Assembly (NCBI RefSeq): GCF_000829315.1
Contig: NZ_AP013028.1
Span: forward strand, 540,001 to 572,000
Direction of reading: 5' to 3'
Length of the DNA: 32,000 bases
Origin: Wolbachia endosymbiont of Cimex lectularius
GTDB taxonomy: Bacteria > Pseudomonadota > Alphaproteobacteria > Rickettsiales > Anaplasmataceae
Shown: positions 1 to 8,837 of the stretch, piece by piece
Layout: every line of letters starts with the position of its first letter
How positions within the stretch are numbered: the stretch's first letter is position 1
Translations under genes and position numbers: made by a program
Notes under the pieces: model-generated
Databases searched by the model: none
Seen by the model: the letters and a program-made list of their open reading frames with translations, nothing else
What the model was told of the DNA's origin: nothing

Positions 1-182
1 TCTGGATAATCAACTCCAAAAATATCAACTAATAGTTCAAACCTGCATTTCTCATCATCACGTAGAAAGAGTAAGTGATTTTCAATATCATCTAAAGCTG
101 AATACATTACAATAGTACCATCACCTTGCTGAATGCACTTACATTTAGTCTTTTTTTGTATATGTTTTACAGTTTTATCCAT
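1..182 (-). CDS. nuoC: NADH-quinone oxidoreductase subunit C, N-terminal part (runs off the window)
   Basis: Reverse-strand frame from the ATG at 182 reads [60 protein letters not shown]; the [13 protein letters not shown] motif is NuoC-like. It lies immediately upstream/downstream of nuoB/nuoA in the usual A-B-C order. Confidence 0.85.
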   Translation of the reverse strand, partial: MDKTVKHIQKKTKCKCIQQGDGTIVMYSALDDIENHLLFLRDDEKCRFELLVDIFGVDYP

Positions 183-690
183 GTTGTATATTCTGAGTTC
201 GTTTTATTTTATTTTGTAAGCATAGCATTCCATATAACAACGCCTCAGCGGTTGGTGGGCATCCAGGAACATACACATCAACTGGTACAATTCTATCACA
301 ACCACGGACTACTGAGTAGGAGTAATGATAATAACCACCACCATTTGCGCAACTGCCCATGGATACAACATACTTCGGATCTGCCATTTGGTCGTAAACC
401 TTACGCAACGCCGCTGCCATTTTGTTAGTTAGTGTACCGGCAACAATCATAACGTCCGCTTGCCTTGGACTTGCACGAAACATTATACCATATCTATCAA
501 GATCGTAACGACTGGATGCAGTGTGCATCATCTCCACTGCACAACATGCAAGACCAAATGTCATTGGCCACAATGAACCAGATCTTGCCCAATTCATTAT
601 ATAATCTATTAAATCACCAAATTTAGTGACAAGAAACCCTTCTTTCTTATAACGACCCCAATCATCATTAGATAGAATTTGACCCGTCAT
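175..690 (-). CDS. nuoB: NADH-quinone oxidoreductase subunit B
   Basis: 171 aa ORF with [42 protein letters not shown] and [14 protein letters not shown] motifs. Confidence 0.98.
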   Translation of the reverse strand: MTGQILSNDDWGRYKKEGFLVTKFGDLIDYIMNWARSGSLWPMTFGLACCAVEMMHTASSRYDLDRYGIMFRASPRQADVMIVAGTLTNKMAAALRKVYDQMADPKYVVSMGSCANGGGYYHYSYSVVRGCDRIVPVDVYVPGCPPTAEALLYGMLCLQNKIKRTQNIQHG

Positions 691-694
691 AAAC

Positions 695-1048
695 TTACTC
701 CCATTCTAACGCACCTTTACACCATTCATAGATAAAGCCTATAGTGAGTATTGCAAGAAATATCATCATAGACCAAAATCCACAATAACTTATTTTAGAT
801 AAAGAAACAGCCCAAGGAAAAAGAAAAGCAATTTCTAAGTCAAATATTATAAATAATATTGAAACTAAGTAAAACTTAATGTCAAAATTTTTTCTTGCTC
901 TTGATAGAGGATTGAAGCCGCACTCATATGTTGAAAGTTTTTCGCTATCAGGATTGCTCACTGCAAGAAACATCGGCAATACGCCCAGGGTAAGAGATAC
1001 TATGATTGATACGCAGATAAAAATTACTATGGTTAAATATTCACTCAT
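695..1048 (-). CDS. nuoA: NADH-quinone oxidoreductase subunit A
   Basis: 117 aa, three hydrophobic segments, [42 protein letters not shown] motif; adjacent to nuoB. Confidence 0.97.
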   Translation of the reverse strand: MSEYLTIVIFICVSIIVSLTLGVLPMFLAVSNPDSEKLSTYECGFNPLSRARKNFDIKFYLVSILFIIFDLEIAFLFPWAVSLSKISYCGFWSMMIFLAILTIGFIYEWCKGALEWE

Positions 1049-1073
1049 TTAACAAAATATATAGAAAGCAACA

Positions 1074-1442
1074 CTACAAACTTACATGCTTTCCTAATCT
1101 TTTGCCACCTAAAATATGCATGTGAAAGTGTGGTATAACTTGTTCTCCATTTTCACCGTAGTTAGTAACTAATCTGTACCCTGTTTTTTCTAGATTATAC
1201 TTATGTGTTATCTCTCTTACAGTTTTAAAGAAACTTACTATCTCCTCTGCAGAGGCTTTTAGAATAAAGTCGTCATATGAAATATATTGACTTTTTGGTA
1301 CAACTAAAATATGAACTGGTGCGTCAGGATATTTATCATAAAACGCCAACACACCCTCATTTTCATGCACCTTCTCACAAGGCAGCTCACCCCTTAATAT
1401 CTGAGCAAAAATGTTACCATCATCGTAATTGTCATTGTGCAT
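1074..1442 (-). CDS. HIT family protein (HinT-like histidine triad)
   Basis: FAQILRGELPCEKVHENEGVLAFYDKYPDAPVHILVVPK and C-terminal HFHMHILGGK histidine triad. Confidence 0.95.
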   Translation of the reverse strand: MHNDNYDDGNIFAQILRGELPCEKVHENEGVLAFYDKYPDAPVHILVVPKSQYISYDDFILKASAEEIVSFFKTVREITHKYNLEKTGYRLVTNYGENGEQVIPHFHMHILGGKRLGKHVSL

Positions 1443-1445
1443 ATT

Positions 1446-2435
1446 TTAAAAGCGAAGTTTCTCCTCTCTTTTCCCCTCTCCTTTTTCATTTCTTATAGCA
1501 GATGTAAGTGGTGATTCTATCTTTTCACCAGGGGGGACGTCCTTGAAATTAACAGCACCCTCCAATCCTTCTGCTTGCTCTTTGACATCTTGTAATAACC
1601 GCATACTTTTTATAGGAGATATAGTTTCTTTACCAAAAGGAAAATCGTTAGGATTAGTTATGCCAAAATGCTTTTCATCATCTGTACCTTTAACAGTTTC
1701 TGAAGAATTCATAGTGTTTGATGGCTTTTTAGGTACTGCAGTTTCTGACAATCTGCTATCATATTCCTTATACAATTTTTCCGCAATACCATGTAGCAAT
1801 TTTCGGTCTGTGTGACGTTCCAACTCTCCACCGATGATTCCTGCCAGATCTTTGAGATTGCGATCAACTTCACCATAAATCCCTTTAAGAACAAGCCTTT
1901 TTATCTCTTCTGGGCTCTTTCCTTTGTGTTCAGGATCGTTTTTAATATTGTTGGTAATTTCCTTAACATCAACTTCAATTACAACTTTGTTTTCTTCTTT
2001 AAAAATAGCTATGCTTGAATACTTGTTTTTCTTATTTAGTTCTTCTATTTTACCTAATTGTTCTGGCGTCAAATAAGGTATATCCCCCGTCAAAGTTTTT
2101 GACGCTAAAAACTTTATTTTTCCATCCTTATGGCTTATTATTTTTATGCCGAGATTCTTGCTAGCTTGTGTAGTTTCTATAGGTGGGTCATACTCTTCAG
2201 TTGGGTTTCCAATAACATAATTCCAACCATTTTTTATGTCATGCCGCATTTCACCAAAGGACTTGAACCAATTTTTTGGCTGTATAGGGTATATTATACC
2301 ATAACCTAGAGCTTTTCCATCCCTACCCAAAAATCCTCCTACTCCTGAAACTGTGTTACCAATTTTAGCTAATATAGAAATAGGCTTTTTGCTTGAAACA
2401 TCTTCTTTATCATTTGGTCCCATATATACCCCCAA
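1446..2435 (-). CDS. Hypothetical protein, 329 aa, low-complexity/charged C-terminus
   Basis: Long intact ORF ending 4 bp upstream of the HIT gene on the same strand; no family recognised. Confidence 0.75.
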   Translation of the reverse strand: MGVYMGPNDKEDVSSKKPISILAKIGNTVSGVGGFLGRDGKALGYGIIYPIQPKNWFKSFGEMRHDIKNGWNYVIGNPTEEYDPPIETTQASKNLGIKIISHKDGKIKFLASKTLTGDIPYLTPEQLGKIEELNKKNKYSSIAIFKEENKVVIEVDVKEITNNIKNDPEHKGKSPEEIKRLVLKGIYGEVDRNLKDLAGIIGGELERHTDRKLLHGIAEKLYKEYDSRLSETAVPKKPSNTMNSSETVKGTDDEKHFGITNPNDFPFGKETISPIKSMRLLQDVKEQAEGLEGAVNFKDVPPGEKIESPLTSAIRNEKGEGKREEKLRF

Positions 2436-2606
2436 AGTACTTTAACACTAAATACTATAGTGTATTCCTATTATAAATGAAAACATTTAAACTTCTATAT
2501 CCATTATAAGATGAATTTATAGGGATTGCAACTATTATTTACAAATTTTCTTAAGCATGTAGTATTTTCGCTACTTTTATTGTTCAATTTACTTTAAGGC
2601 TAAATT

Positions 2607-3983
2607 ATGTTCAAGTGGAACGCAAGTAATATCATCGATGCTACTGGCGGAAGAGAAGTGGGTAGTTGTAATTGGGTACATAGCTCGAATATTTCAACAG
2701 ATACAAGAAGCATAAAAGAAGGTGATGTGTTTATTGCACTTAAAGGGAAGAACTTTGATGGGCATGATTTTTTACATGAAGCATTTTTAAAAGGGGCAGC
2801 AGCCGCAGTAGTAAGCGAAGGCAAATATAGAAATCTTCCTCTAATTGTTGTGCAAGATACTCCCAAAGCTTTGCATGATATAGCATCATATTACGTTAGA
2901 AATGTTCTTGTTAATGCTAAAGTTATTGCAATCACAGGTAGTGTCGGGAAAACCACTACAAAGGACATGCTGCACACTGTTTTATCGCAATATGGAGTGT
3001 CTCATGTAAACGAAGGGAACTTGAATAATAATATAGGATTGCCTTTGACAGTTCTGAAAGCTCCGGAAAGTTGCCAGTACTTAATTCTTGAAATGGGGAT
3101 GAACAAAGCTGGTGAAATAAAAGAGTTATCGAAGATTAGTAATCCTGATATCGCGGTTATCACAAACGTAGAACCTGCACATGTTGAGAATTTTTCGTTG
3201 CTACTTGATATCGCACAAGCAAAATTGGAAGTTCTGTATGGCATGAAAAATAACGGCACTTTGGTTTTGAACAGAGATAATAAATATCATGACTATCTCT
3301 CATCGCATGCCAATAGAGATGTAATAAGTTTTGGTAAAGATAGAAGCGCTACTGTACATTTATTAGGCCTAATAAGAGACAATGGCGGGCTGAATTTAAA
3401 AATTAGACTGAATAATAATCTGATCATAGACTGTAGTTTACCTGCGCAAGGCGAACATTTTGCATACTCTGTGTTGGCTGTTGCAGCAGTTGTACAAAGT
3501 CTCGGACTTGATTTGTCGAAATTACCATTTGCACTTGAGAATTTTAGTGTAACCAAAGGTAGAGGCAGTGTTCACAAAGCTAAATACAATGGGAAAAACG
3601 TATATTTGATTGATGATTCTTATAACGCCAATCCTGCTTCAATGAAAGCTGCAATAAGGACTTTAGGTACATATTCTAATCAGAGGAAAGTGGCACTGCT
3701 TGGCGATATGCTAGAACTTGGTAATGAAAGCGTAGCATTTCATACGAAGCTGCTTGATTTTATCGTAGAATGTGGTGTGAGTAAAGTTTATACGGTCGGT
3801 AAATTTATGTTAGAATTGCACAGGCTTTTGCCAAGCAATATAAAAGGCACGCATTTTAATGACCCTAATCAGTTGAAAAGTGATTTAGCTAATATTGTTC
3901 AGAATAATGATGTAATTTTAGTAAAAGGCTCACGTGGAATGAAAATGGATCTTATAGTACAGAGATTCATAATAGAATATTAA
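2607..3983 (+). CDS. murF: UDP-N-acetylmuramoyl-tripeptide--D-alanyl-D-alanine ligase
   Basis: Mur ligase signatures: DTRSIKEGDVFIALKGKNFDGHDF, ITGSVGKTTTKDML, NLNNNIGLPLTVL, DDSYNANPASMKAAI, GDMLELG. Confidence 0.95.
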   Translation: MFKWNASNIIDATGGREVGSCNWVHSSNISTDTRSIKEGDVFIALKGKNFDGHDFLHEAFLKGAAAAVVSEGKYRNLPLIVVQDTPKALHDIASYYVRNVLVNAKVIAITGSVGKTTTKDMLHTVLSQYGVSHVNEGNLNNNIGLPLTVLKAPESCQYLILEMGMNKAGEIKELSKISNPDIAVITNVEPAHVENFSLLLDIAQAKLEVLYGMKNNGTLVLNRDNKYHDYLSSHANRDVISFGKDRSATVHLLGLIRDNGGLNLKIRLNNNLIIDCSLPAQGEHFAYSVLAVAAVVQSLGLDLSKLPFALENFSVTKGRGSVHKAKYNGKNVYLIDDSYNANPASMKAAIRTLGTYSNQRKVALLGDMLELGNESVAFHTKLLDFIVECGVSKVYTVGKFMLELHRLLPSNIKGTHFNDPNQLKSDLANIVQNNDVILVKGSRGMKMDLIVQRFIIEY

Positions 3984-4031
3984 ATAAAACTACTGTATTA
4001 ATTTAGGGTTAAGTTATTAGAAGTTTTAATC

Positions 4032-4981
4032 GTGACAAAACGTATAGTTATTTTTGGTGGAACAGGGTTTATAGGAAAACACATCGTAAGACGCCTGGCA
4101 GCAGCGGGGTATTTAATAAGAATATTTACTCGTGACCGGGAAAAAGCTGCTTGCCTGAAGCTATGTGGAAATTTAGGGCAAATATCAGTACTTAAAGGCG
4201 ATTTTTTTAATGAAAAATCAATTTTGGAAAGTATGGAGGAATGTGATGCAGTCATAAACTTAGTAGGAAATTATATGAGACAAAAAAGCATGATTTCTAC
4301 GCCATTCATGTTAGCATAGCTGAAAGAATAGCAAGAGCTGCAAAAATAAAAAATGTACCCATGATGATACATTTTTCTGCTATGGGGATAGAAAATAGCA
4401 AGCTGTCAAAATATGCTCAAAGTAAATTGGAAGGCGAAAAAGCTGTAACTTCAGCATTTCCAGAAGCAATAATAATTAGGCCCAGCCTTGTATTTGGCAA
4501 AGAAGATAGTTTCTTTAATAAATTTGCGAAGTTAGCGACAATTCTTCCTTTTTTGCCGCTAATTGGCAGTGGAACAACTAAATTTCAGCCGATATGTGTA
4601 ACCGATCTAGCTGAAGTGGTATATCGTATCATCAACCTTAACAAAAAAGATAAGAAAATCTACAATATAGGCGGACCAAAGATCTATTCTTTCAAAAGCC
4701 TATTAAAGTTTATTTTGAATGTTACTAACAGAAAGTGCTTGTTAGTCAATGTATCTTTCCCAATGGCCAAGTTAATAGCTTTTTTCCTAGAAAGTAGGAT
4801 CATTTCTATGTTACTAAAGCCTATAACCGGTGGTGCAAGCCCCATGCTTACTCGAGATCAGGTGAAAGTTATGATGAGTAGCTCAATCGAAAAATCAACT
4901 GACCTTGAAACAATAAAAATCCGTCCAGTGTCAATTGAAAATATAGTGCCAGAATATTTGAAGGTTTATAGAAAGTATTGA
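4032..4981 (+). pseudogene. NAD-dependent epimerase/dehydratase, complex I NDUFA9-like; split by an apparent 1-nt frameshift
   Basis: Two ORFs, 4032..4319 (IVIFGGTGFIGKHIVRRLAAAGY...) and 4361..4981 (SKLEGEKAVTSAFPEAIIIRPSLVFGKED...), in different frames. Conserved sequence (HDFYAIHVSIAERIARAAKIKNVPMM) runs from about 4289 in the second frame. Confidence 0.8.
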
Positions 4982-5066
4982 GTAGAAAGCGTGGCAGGTG
5001 TTGCAAAAGGATTTAAAATTGGCAAGACAGCTTTATATGAGTGGAAAAAAAGACGTAAGAACCTGT

Positions 5067-5423
5067 TTAAAATCTTCGTAACAGGAGAGAAATGAAGGAG
5101 AGGACTATCATCTGTAAGCTAGTGTTGAGCTTCCGCTCGCAATTTTTCCACAATCGCCTGCACTTTTCTAACCAGGCAAAAGAGCGTTCAACAACCCATC
5201 TTTTTGGCAATACGACGAAAGTGTGTAACTCACTTCGCTTTATTACTTCAACAGTCGCACCAATGATAGCTTTTATTTGTGTTGCAAAATTTTCTCCTGT
5301 GTAGCCAGCATCAACCAGTATGTTTTTAACTTCAGAGAGGTTTGCTTTAGCATTTTCGACCATTTTCACAGCACTGCTACGGTCAGTTGCTTCTGCCGTT
5401 GTTACATAAATTGCATGTGGCAA
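5067..5423 (-). CDS. IS5-family transposase, C-terminal ORF (orfB), DDE domain
   Basis: LVDAGYTGENFA and KRWVVERSFAWLEKCRRLWKNCERKLNTSLQM. The frame is open further upstream and includes IIDSQSVKNADTAEKKGYDAGKK. Confidence 0.9.
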   Translation of the reverse strand: MPHAIYVTTAEATDRSSAVKMVENAKANLSEVKNILVDAGYTGENFATQIKAIIGATVEVIKRSELHTFVVLPKRWVVERSFAWLEKCRRLWKNCERKLNTSLQMIVLSFISLLLRRF

Positions 5424-5541
5424 ACCTTGTGTATCAACTGCAATATGGCGCTTTATCCCTGAAATCTTTTTACCTGCATCATAGCCTTTTTTTTCAGCAG
5501 TATCTGCGTTTTTAACGCTTTGAGAATCAATTATACAAAAG

Positions 5542-5862
5542 CTAGTTTTCTCTTTCCGACCATTGCTGATACGGACCTCTCCAACTAATTTTTTTTAAGA
5601 CTAATTCCAACAAGCTTGGCTCTTCTCCATTCTTTTTACTCCACACTCGAAAATAGTAATATACGCTTTCCCATCTTGGAAAACCCTTTGGTAACATCCT
5701 CCACTGACAACCACTTTTTAAGACGTACAACACCCCACAAAATACGTCATACAAATCAAGTTTTCTTGGTTTTGTTTTCTGCTTGCTACTCTCCAAAATT
5801 GGCCTGATTTTTTCAAACTGCTCTTGACTTATATTACTTGGATAACTTTTCTGCATAGACAC
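5542..5862 (-). CDS. IS5-family transposase, N-terminal ORF (orfA)
   Basis: MSMQKSYPSNISQEQFEKIRPILESSKQKTKPRKLDLYDVFCGVLYVLKSGCQWRMLPKGFPRWESVYYYF. Confidence 0.92.
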   Translation of the reverse strand: MSMQKSYPSNISQEQFEKIRPILESSKQKTKPRKLDLYDVFCGVLYVLKSGCQWRMLPKGFPRWESVYYYFRVWSKKNGEEPSLLELVLKKISWRGPYQQWSEREN

Positions 5863-5949
5863 CTCATTATTAATCTATGCTTACTTTACCTCACATTTCC
5901 AAGATTTTAAACAGGTTCTAAGGAAACAGGAGATTTTTGGTCAAAAAAG

Positions 5950-6480
5950 AGACGAAAAAACTGCTTGACAACTTTCGCCGTTACCCTTATCATATTATTG
6001 AAGCTATTATTTATCTTCAGTCTATGCAGATAAAACGACAAAAAACTCAATGTACTTGGCGTCTCATGTTTAATTTTTTGCACTATGTGCACCTCATGTC
6101 TTTATAAACTTTCAAGGTTTTTACCTAATATAAGCTAAAATGCGCTTGTTAAAGCATTTAAGACAGTAAAAAACGCCAATTTAAAAGATAGATAGTGAAT
6201 AAATAGCTAACGGGGTTTCTTTTGCCTTTTGTCTGTTTAGTAAATTTCTTAACGTTTAAATTTAGATCAGTTGCGGTTTAAAAGCAGCTAGATTAGACGT
6301 TTAGAATAAAAAAACGCCAATTTATAAAGTTAATATAAATAATTAGCCACCAACGGGGTTTCTTTCGCCTTTTTTTTGCTTGGTAAATTTTTTAATATTT
6401 ATAGCTAAAGCAATTGTAAGAGCACACAAAAAACGCCAGTATTTAAAATGATTGTCCTTTTTCTAGGTTATGCGAGAAGT
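5950..6480 (+). repeat. Dispersed non-coding repeat, locus 1
   Basis: Core aaaaaactgcttgacaactttcgccgttacccttat...gaagctatt...ttgcactatgtgcac...acgccaattt recurs at loci 2 and 3. Followed by repeated sub-units containing (a)AAAACGCCAatTTA and CACC/CTAACGGGGTTTCTTTTGCCTTTT. Confidence 0.85.
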
Positions 6481-6684
6481 TTAATCCCTTTTTTTCAAAA
6501 AACATTTCCAGTAAAAGCACCGTGTCAATCAATGTCACAAAAGATTTAATTATTTACTTTCTTTTTAAACATATGTAAAGTAAGAATGTACTATTATTAT
6601 AACAAAGTTAGATATATTAGTTGACATTTAAACGCAGTGAGGTAGAGTATTACTGTAGGTTTTATGGTTATGTTGTAATTAGTA

Positions 6685-6758
6685 TGGGACTAGTGCGATT
6701 CGAACGCACGGCCTTCGGATTAGGAATCCAACGCTCTATCCTACTGAGCTATAGTCCC
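6685..6758 (-). tRNA. tRNA-Arg (anticodon CCT)
   Basis: Reverse complement GGGACTATAGCTCAGTAGGATAGAGCGTTGGATTCCTAATCCGAAGGCCGTGCGTTCGAATCGCACTAGTCCCA folds as a cloverleaf; 7-bp acceptor GGGACTA/TAGTCCC, anticodon loop TTCCTAA. Confidence 0.97.
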
Positions 6759-6861
6759 GTGTTTTCTATTATCTGCACAAAATCATAGCAAAAAATCTCG
6801 TACTTTTCTAGATCTCCTGCATCACCAATTTATAATAACAAAAAACATTTCTGTATATTTC

Positions 6862-7680
6862 TTGAGTATAATGCTATTATATTTAACAATATGGTTTAAA
6901 TTGATGCTAGTTAACAACATTAGTTATTCCTATAACAGTCAAGACGATTTCGCTTTAAGCAACATAAATATTGAGGTAAAGAGAGGAAATGTCATATGTC
7001 TACTGGGACATTCGGGTTGCGGCAAGTCAACGATTTTAAAATTAATTGCAGGGATAGAAAATCCAAAATCTGGCACCATTTTTATAAATGATAGGCTAGT
7101 TGCAAGTAGCCACACATCAATTGCAATAGAGCATAGGAATGTCGGATTGATTTTTCAACATTCTGCTCTATTTCCTCACAAAACAGTAGTAGAGAATATA
7201 ACTTTTGCTATTCGTAGCTCCTCCAAAAAAGCAAAGTATCTCACTGCATTGCAAATTTTGAAGCTATTAAACATAGAAAAATATGAAAATATGTATCCTA
7301 ATGCCCTATCGGGAGGGCAGCAACAATTAGTTGCAATAGCGAGAGTAATGGCACAAAATCCTGATGTTGTGTTGCTCGATGAACCATTTTCTAACTTAGA
7401 TATACTGTCAAAGTGCCGAATAAGACATCATATATTGTCCCTTTTTAGAAGTAAAAATACCCCCGTGTTAATGGTAACTCACGATCCGCAAGAAGCATTA
7501 AAAGTCGCAGATTTTATCTACGTAATGAAAAGCGGTAAAATTATCCAATCAGGAGTTTCCAGTGATATATATCATAGTCCTAAAGATCATACGCTAGCAA
7601 AGTTCTTTAGTGAGTTCTCTTCTGCTTTGCAGTTAGGTGATGAGCTTCCGTTTGATGGTATACTTGCTGTAAGAAAATAA
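6862..7680 (+). CDS. ABC transporter ATP-binding protein (PotA/FbpC/TauB-like)
   Basis: Walker A GHSGCGKST, signature LSGGQQQLVAIARV, Walker B DVVLLDEPF, and H-loop VTHDPQEAL. Confidence 0.93.
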   Translation: MSIMLLYLTIWFKLMLVNNISYSYNSQDDFALSNINIEVKRGNVICLLGHSGCGKSTILKLIAGIENPKSGTIFINDRLVASSHTSIAIEHRNVGLIFQHSALFPHKTVVENITFAIRSSSKKAKYLTALQILKLLNIEKYENMYPNALSGGQQQLVAIARVMAQNPDVVLLDEPFSNLDILSKCRIRHHILSLFRSKNTPVLMVTHDPQEALKVADFIYVMKSGKIIQSGVSSDIYHSPKDHTLAKFFSEFSSALQLGDELPFDGILAVRK

Positions 7681-7819
7681 TCTAGTCTGAAATTATTATA
7701 AAATAGAACCAAACACTAAAAAATTTTGATCTATAACTAAATAAGGTGATATAATTGATGTGTTACTTGACTTCAGTCAGTCTCAATTTCTAAAAGTTAA
7801 TATTTTAAATGAGGTGCAA

Positions 7820-7987
7820 ATGAGCTTAGGACCATGGCAATTGTTTCTAGTCTTAATAATAATCTTAGTTCTGTTTGGTGCAGGTAGGTTACCACAAGTT
7901 ATGGGTGATCTGGGAAAAGGCATTAAAAACCTTAAACAAGAACTTAAGGACTCAGAGAAACTATCATCTAACGAGCCGGATCGTTAG
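7820..7987 (+). CDS. tatA: Sec-independent translocase TatA
   Basis: [44 protein letters not shown]; internal ATG at 7820 preferred over the ORF-track start at 7760. Confidence 0.92.
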   Translation: MSLGPWQLFLVLIIILVLFGAGRLPQVMGDLGKGIKNLKQELKDSEKLSSNEPDR

Positions 7988-8002
7988 CGTCTTTATACTT
8001 TG

Positions 8003-8026
8003 TGACACGTACTTTAGTGCGTGTCA
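8003..8026 (+). terminator. Candidate rho-independent terminator downstream of tatA
   Basis: TGACACGTAC-TTTA-GTGCGTGTCA: 10-bp stem with one G-U pair and 4-nt loop, followed by TTTGTTT. Confidence 0.55.
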
Positions 8027-8117
8027 TTTGTTTAAAAACTTGAACTAGCTAAAGAATAGATTGAAATACTGCGGTAATTATGTTAGTTAGAAGGAATCAT
8101 TTTGTTAAAGGATAGTT

Positions 8118-8774
8118 GTGCAAAAAGGTGAGAAATTAGCCGAAAATAAAAAATTAGCTTCTGACATTCTAAAAGAGGTTGCAGACACCAACAATGCTAA
8201 TAGTGATAAAGTAACACTGTTTGACATAAAAACAGCTCTGCATGAGCGCGGTTTTGGTATTTTAATAATTATCTTCTCTTTGCCACTATCAGTACCTATA
8301 CCGGTCCCACCTGGCTATACAACTATACTTTCTATACCTCTAATCCTATTCTCACTGCAGCTTCTGTTGGGGTTTGATTCTCCTTGGATGCCTCACTGGT
8401 TGGAAAGAAAGTCTTTTCAACGTTCAACACTAGCTCTTGTGGTAGAAAAAACTTCTCCTGCTTTAAGAAAAATAGAAAAATTCATGAAACCGAGAATGTC
8501 TTTCATTTTCTGTGGGCCAGGTGAAAAGATTTTAGCTTTCATAATGCTGCTTTGTGCATTATCAATAGCCATTCCGCTGCCCCTAACTAACTTTATTCCT
8601 GCAATTGGCACAACTCTCATTTCACTTGGTATTATGAGTAAAGATGGGCTTCTCTCTATACTGGGGGTCTTAATGTCTTTGTGCGGGTTATTACTTACTG
8701 TTGTTGTAATAGTTAAAGGACCACAGCTCATACTTGGAGCATTTTCTTTTCTAAAAAGTTTTGTATATGGTTAG
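8118..8774 (+). CDS. ExoD-family membrane protein (exopolysaccharide synthesis)
   Basis: DIKTALHERGFGILIIIFSLPLSVPIPVPPGYTTILSIPLILFSLQLLLGFDSPWMPHWL is typical of the ExoD family; multiple hydrophobic segments. Confidence 0.85.
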   Translation: MQKGEKLAENKKLASDILKEVADTNNANSDKVTLFDIKTALHERGFGILIIIFSLPLSVPIPVPPGYTTILSIPLILFSLQLLLGFDSPWMPHWLERKSFQRSTLALVVEKTSPALRKIEKFMKPRMSFIFCGPGEKILAFIMLLCALSIAIPLPLTNFIPAIGTTLISLGIMSKDGLLSILGVLMSLCGLLLTVVVIVKGPQLILGAFSFLKSFVYG

Positions 8775-8837
8775 GCTCTATAACACCTTAACAAAAAAAA
8801 AGAGCCTTTTATACCGATCGACAAAGATCATGTAAAA

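Larger units (their letters stand above)
5059..5918 (-). mobile_element. IS5-family insertion sequence, copy 1 (860 bp)
   Basis: Terminal inverted repeats GAACCTGTTTAAAATCTT / AAGATTTTAAACAGGTTC, flanked by TAA direct repeats (5056..5058, 5919..5921); encodes two transposase ORFs. Confidence 0.95.
4982..5960 (+). pseudogene. Possible remnant of an IS630-type transposase N-terminal helix-turn-helix, interrupted by IS copy 1
   Basis: Removing 5059..5918 plus one TAA repeat gives a continuous frame VESVAGVAKGFKIGKTALYEWKKRRKETGDFWSKKRRKN, resembling the HTH of IS630-type transposases. Confidence 0.45.

Noticed and set aside
1-182. Possible frameshift in nuoC at the window edge
   Set aside because: Coordinate and frame check from the ATG at 182 gives an uninterrupted ...VDIFGVDYP, so no lesion is supported.
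126-428. 100 aa plus-strand ORF antisense to nuoB
   Set aside because: Lies opposite highly conserved nuoB; low-quality hydrophobic/His-rich translation consistent with chance.
5092-5462. ORFs on the strand opposite the IS transposase (70 aa and 61 aa), recurring in all three IS copies
   Set aside because: They are antisense shadows of a strongly conserved transposase; their recurrence reflects IS copy number, not independent coding.
5950-6480. CRISPR-like array
   Set aside because: The spacing is 120-145 bp, the units are degenerate and divergent, there are no uniform short direct repeats or cas genes.
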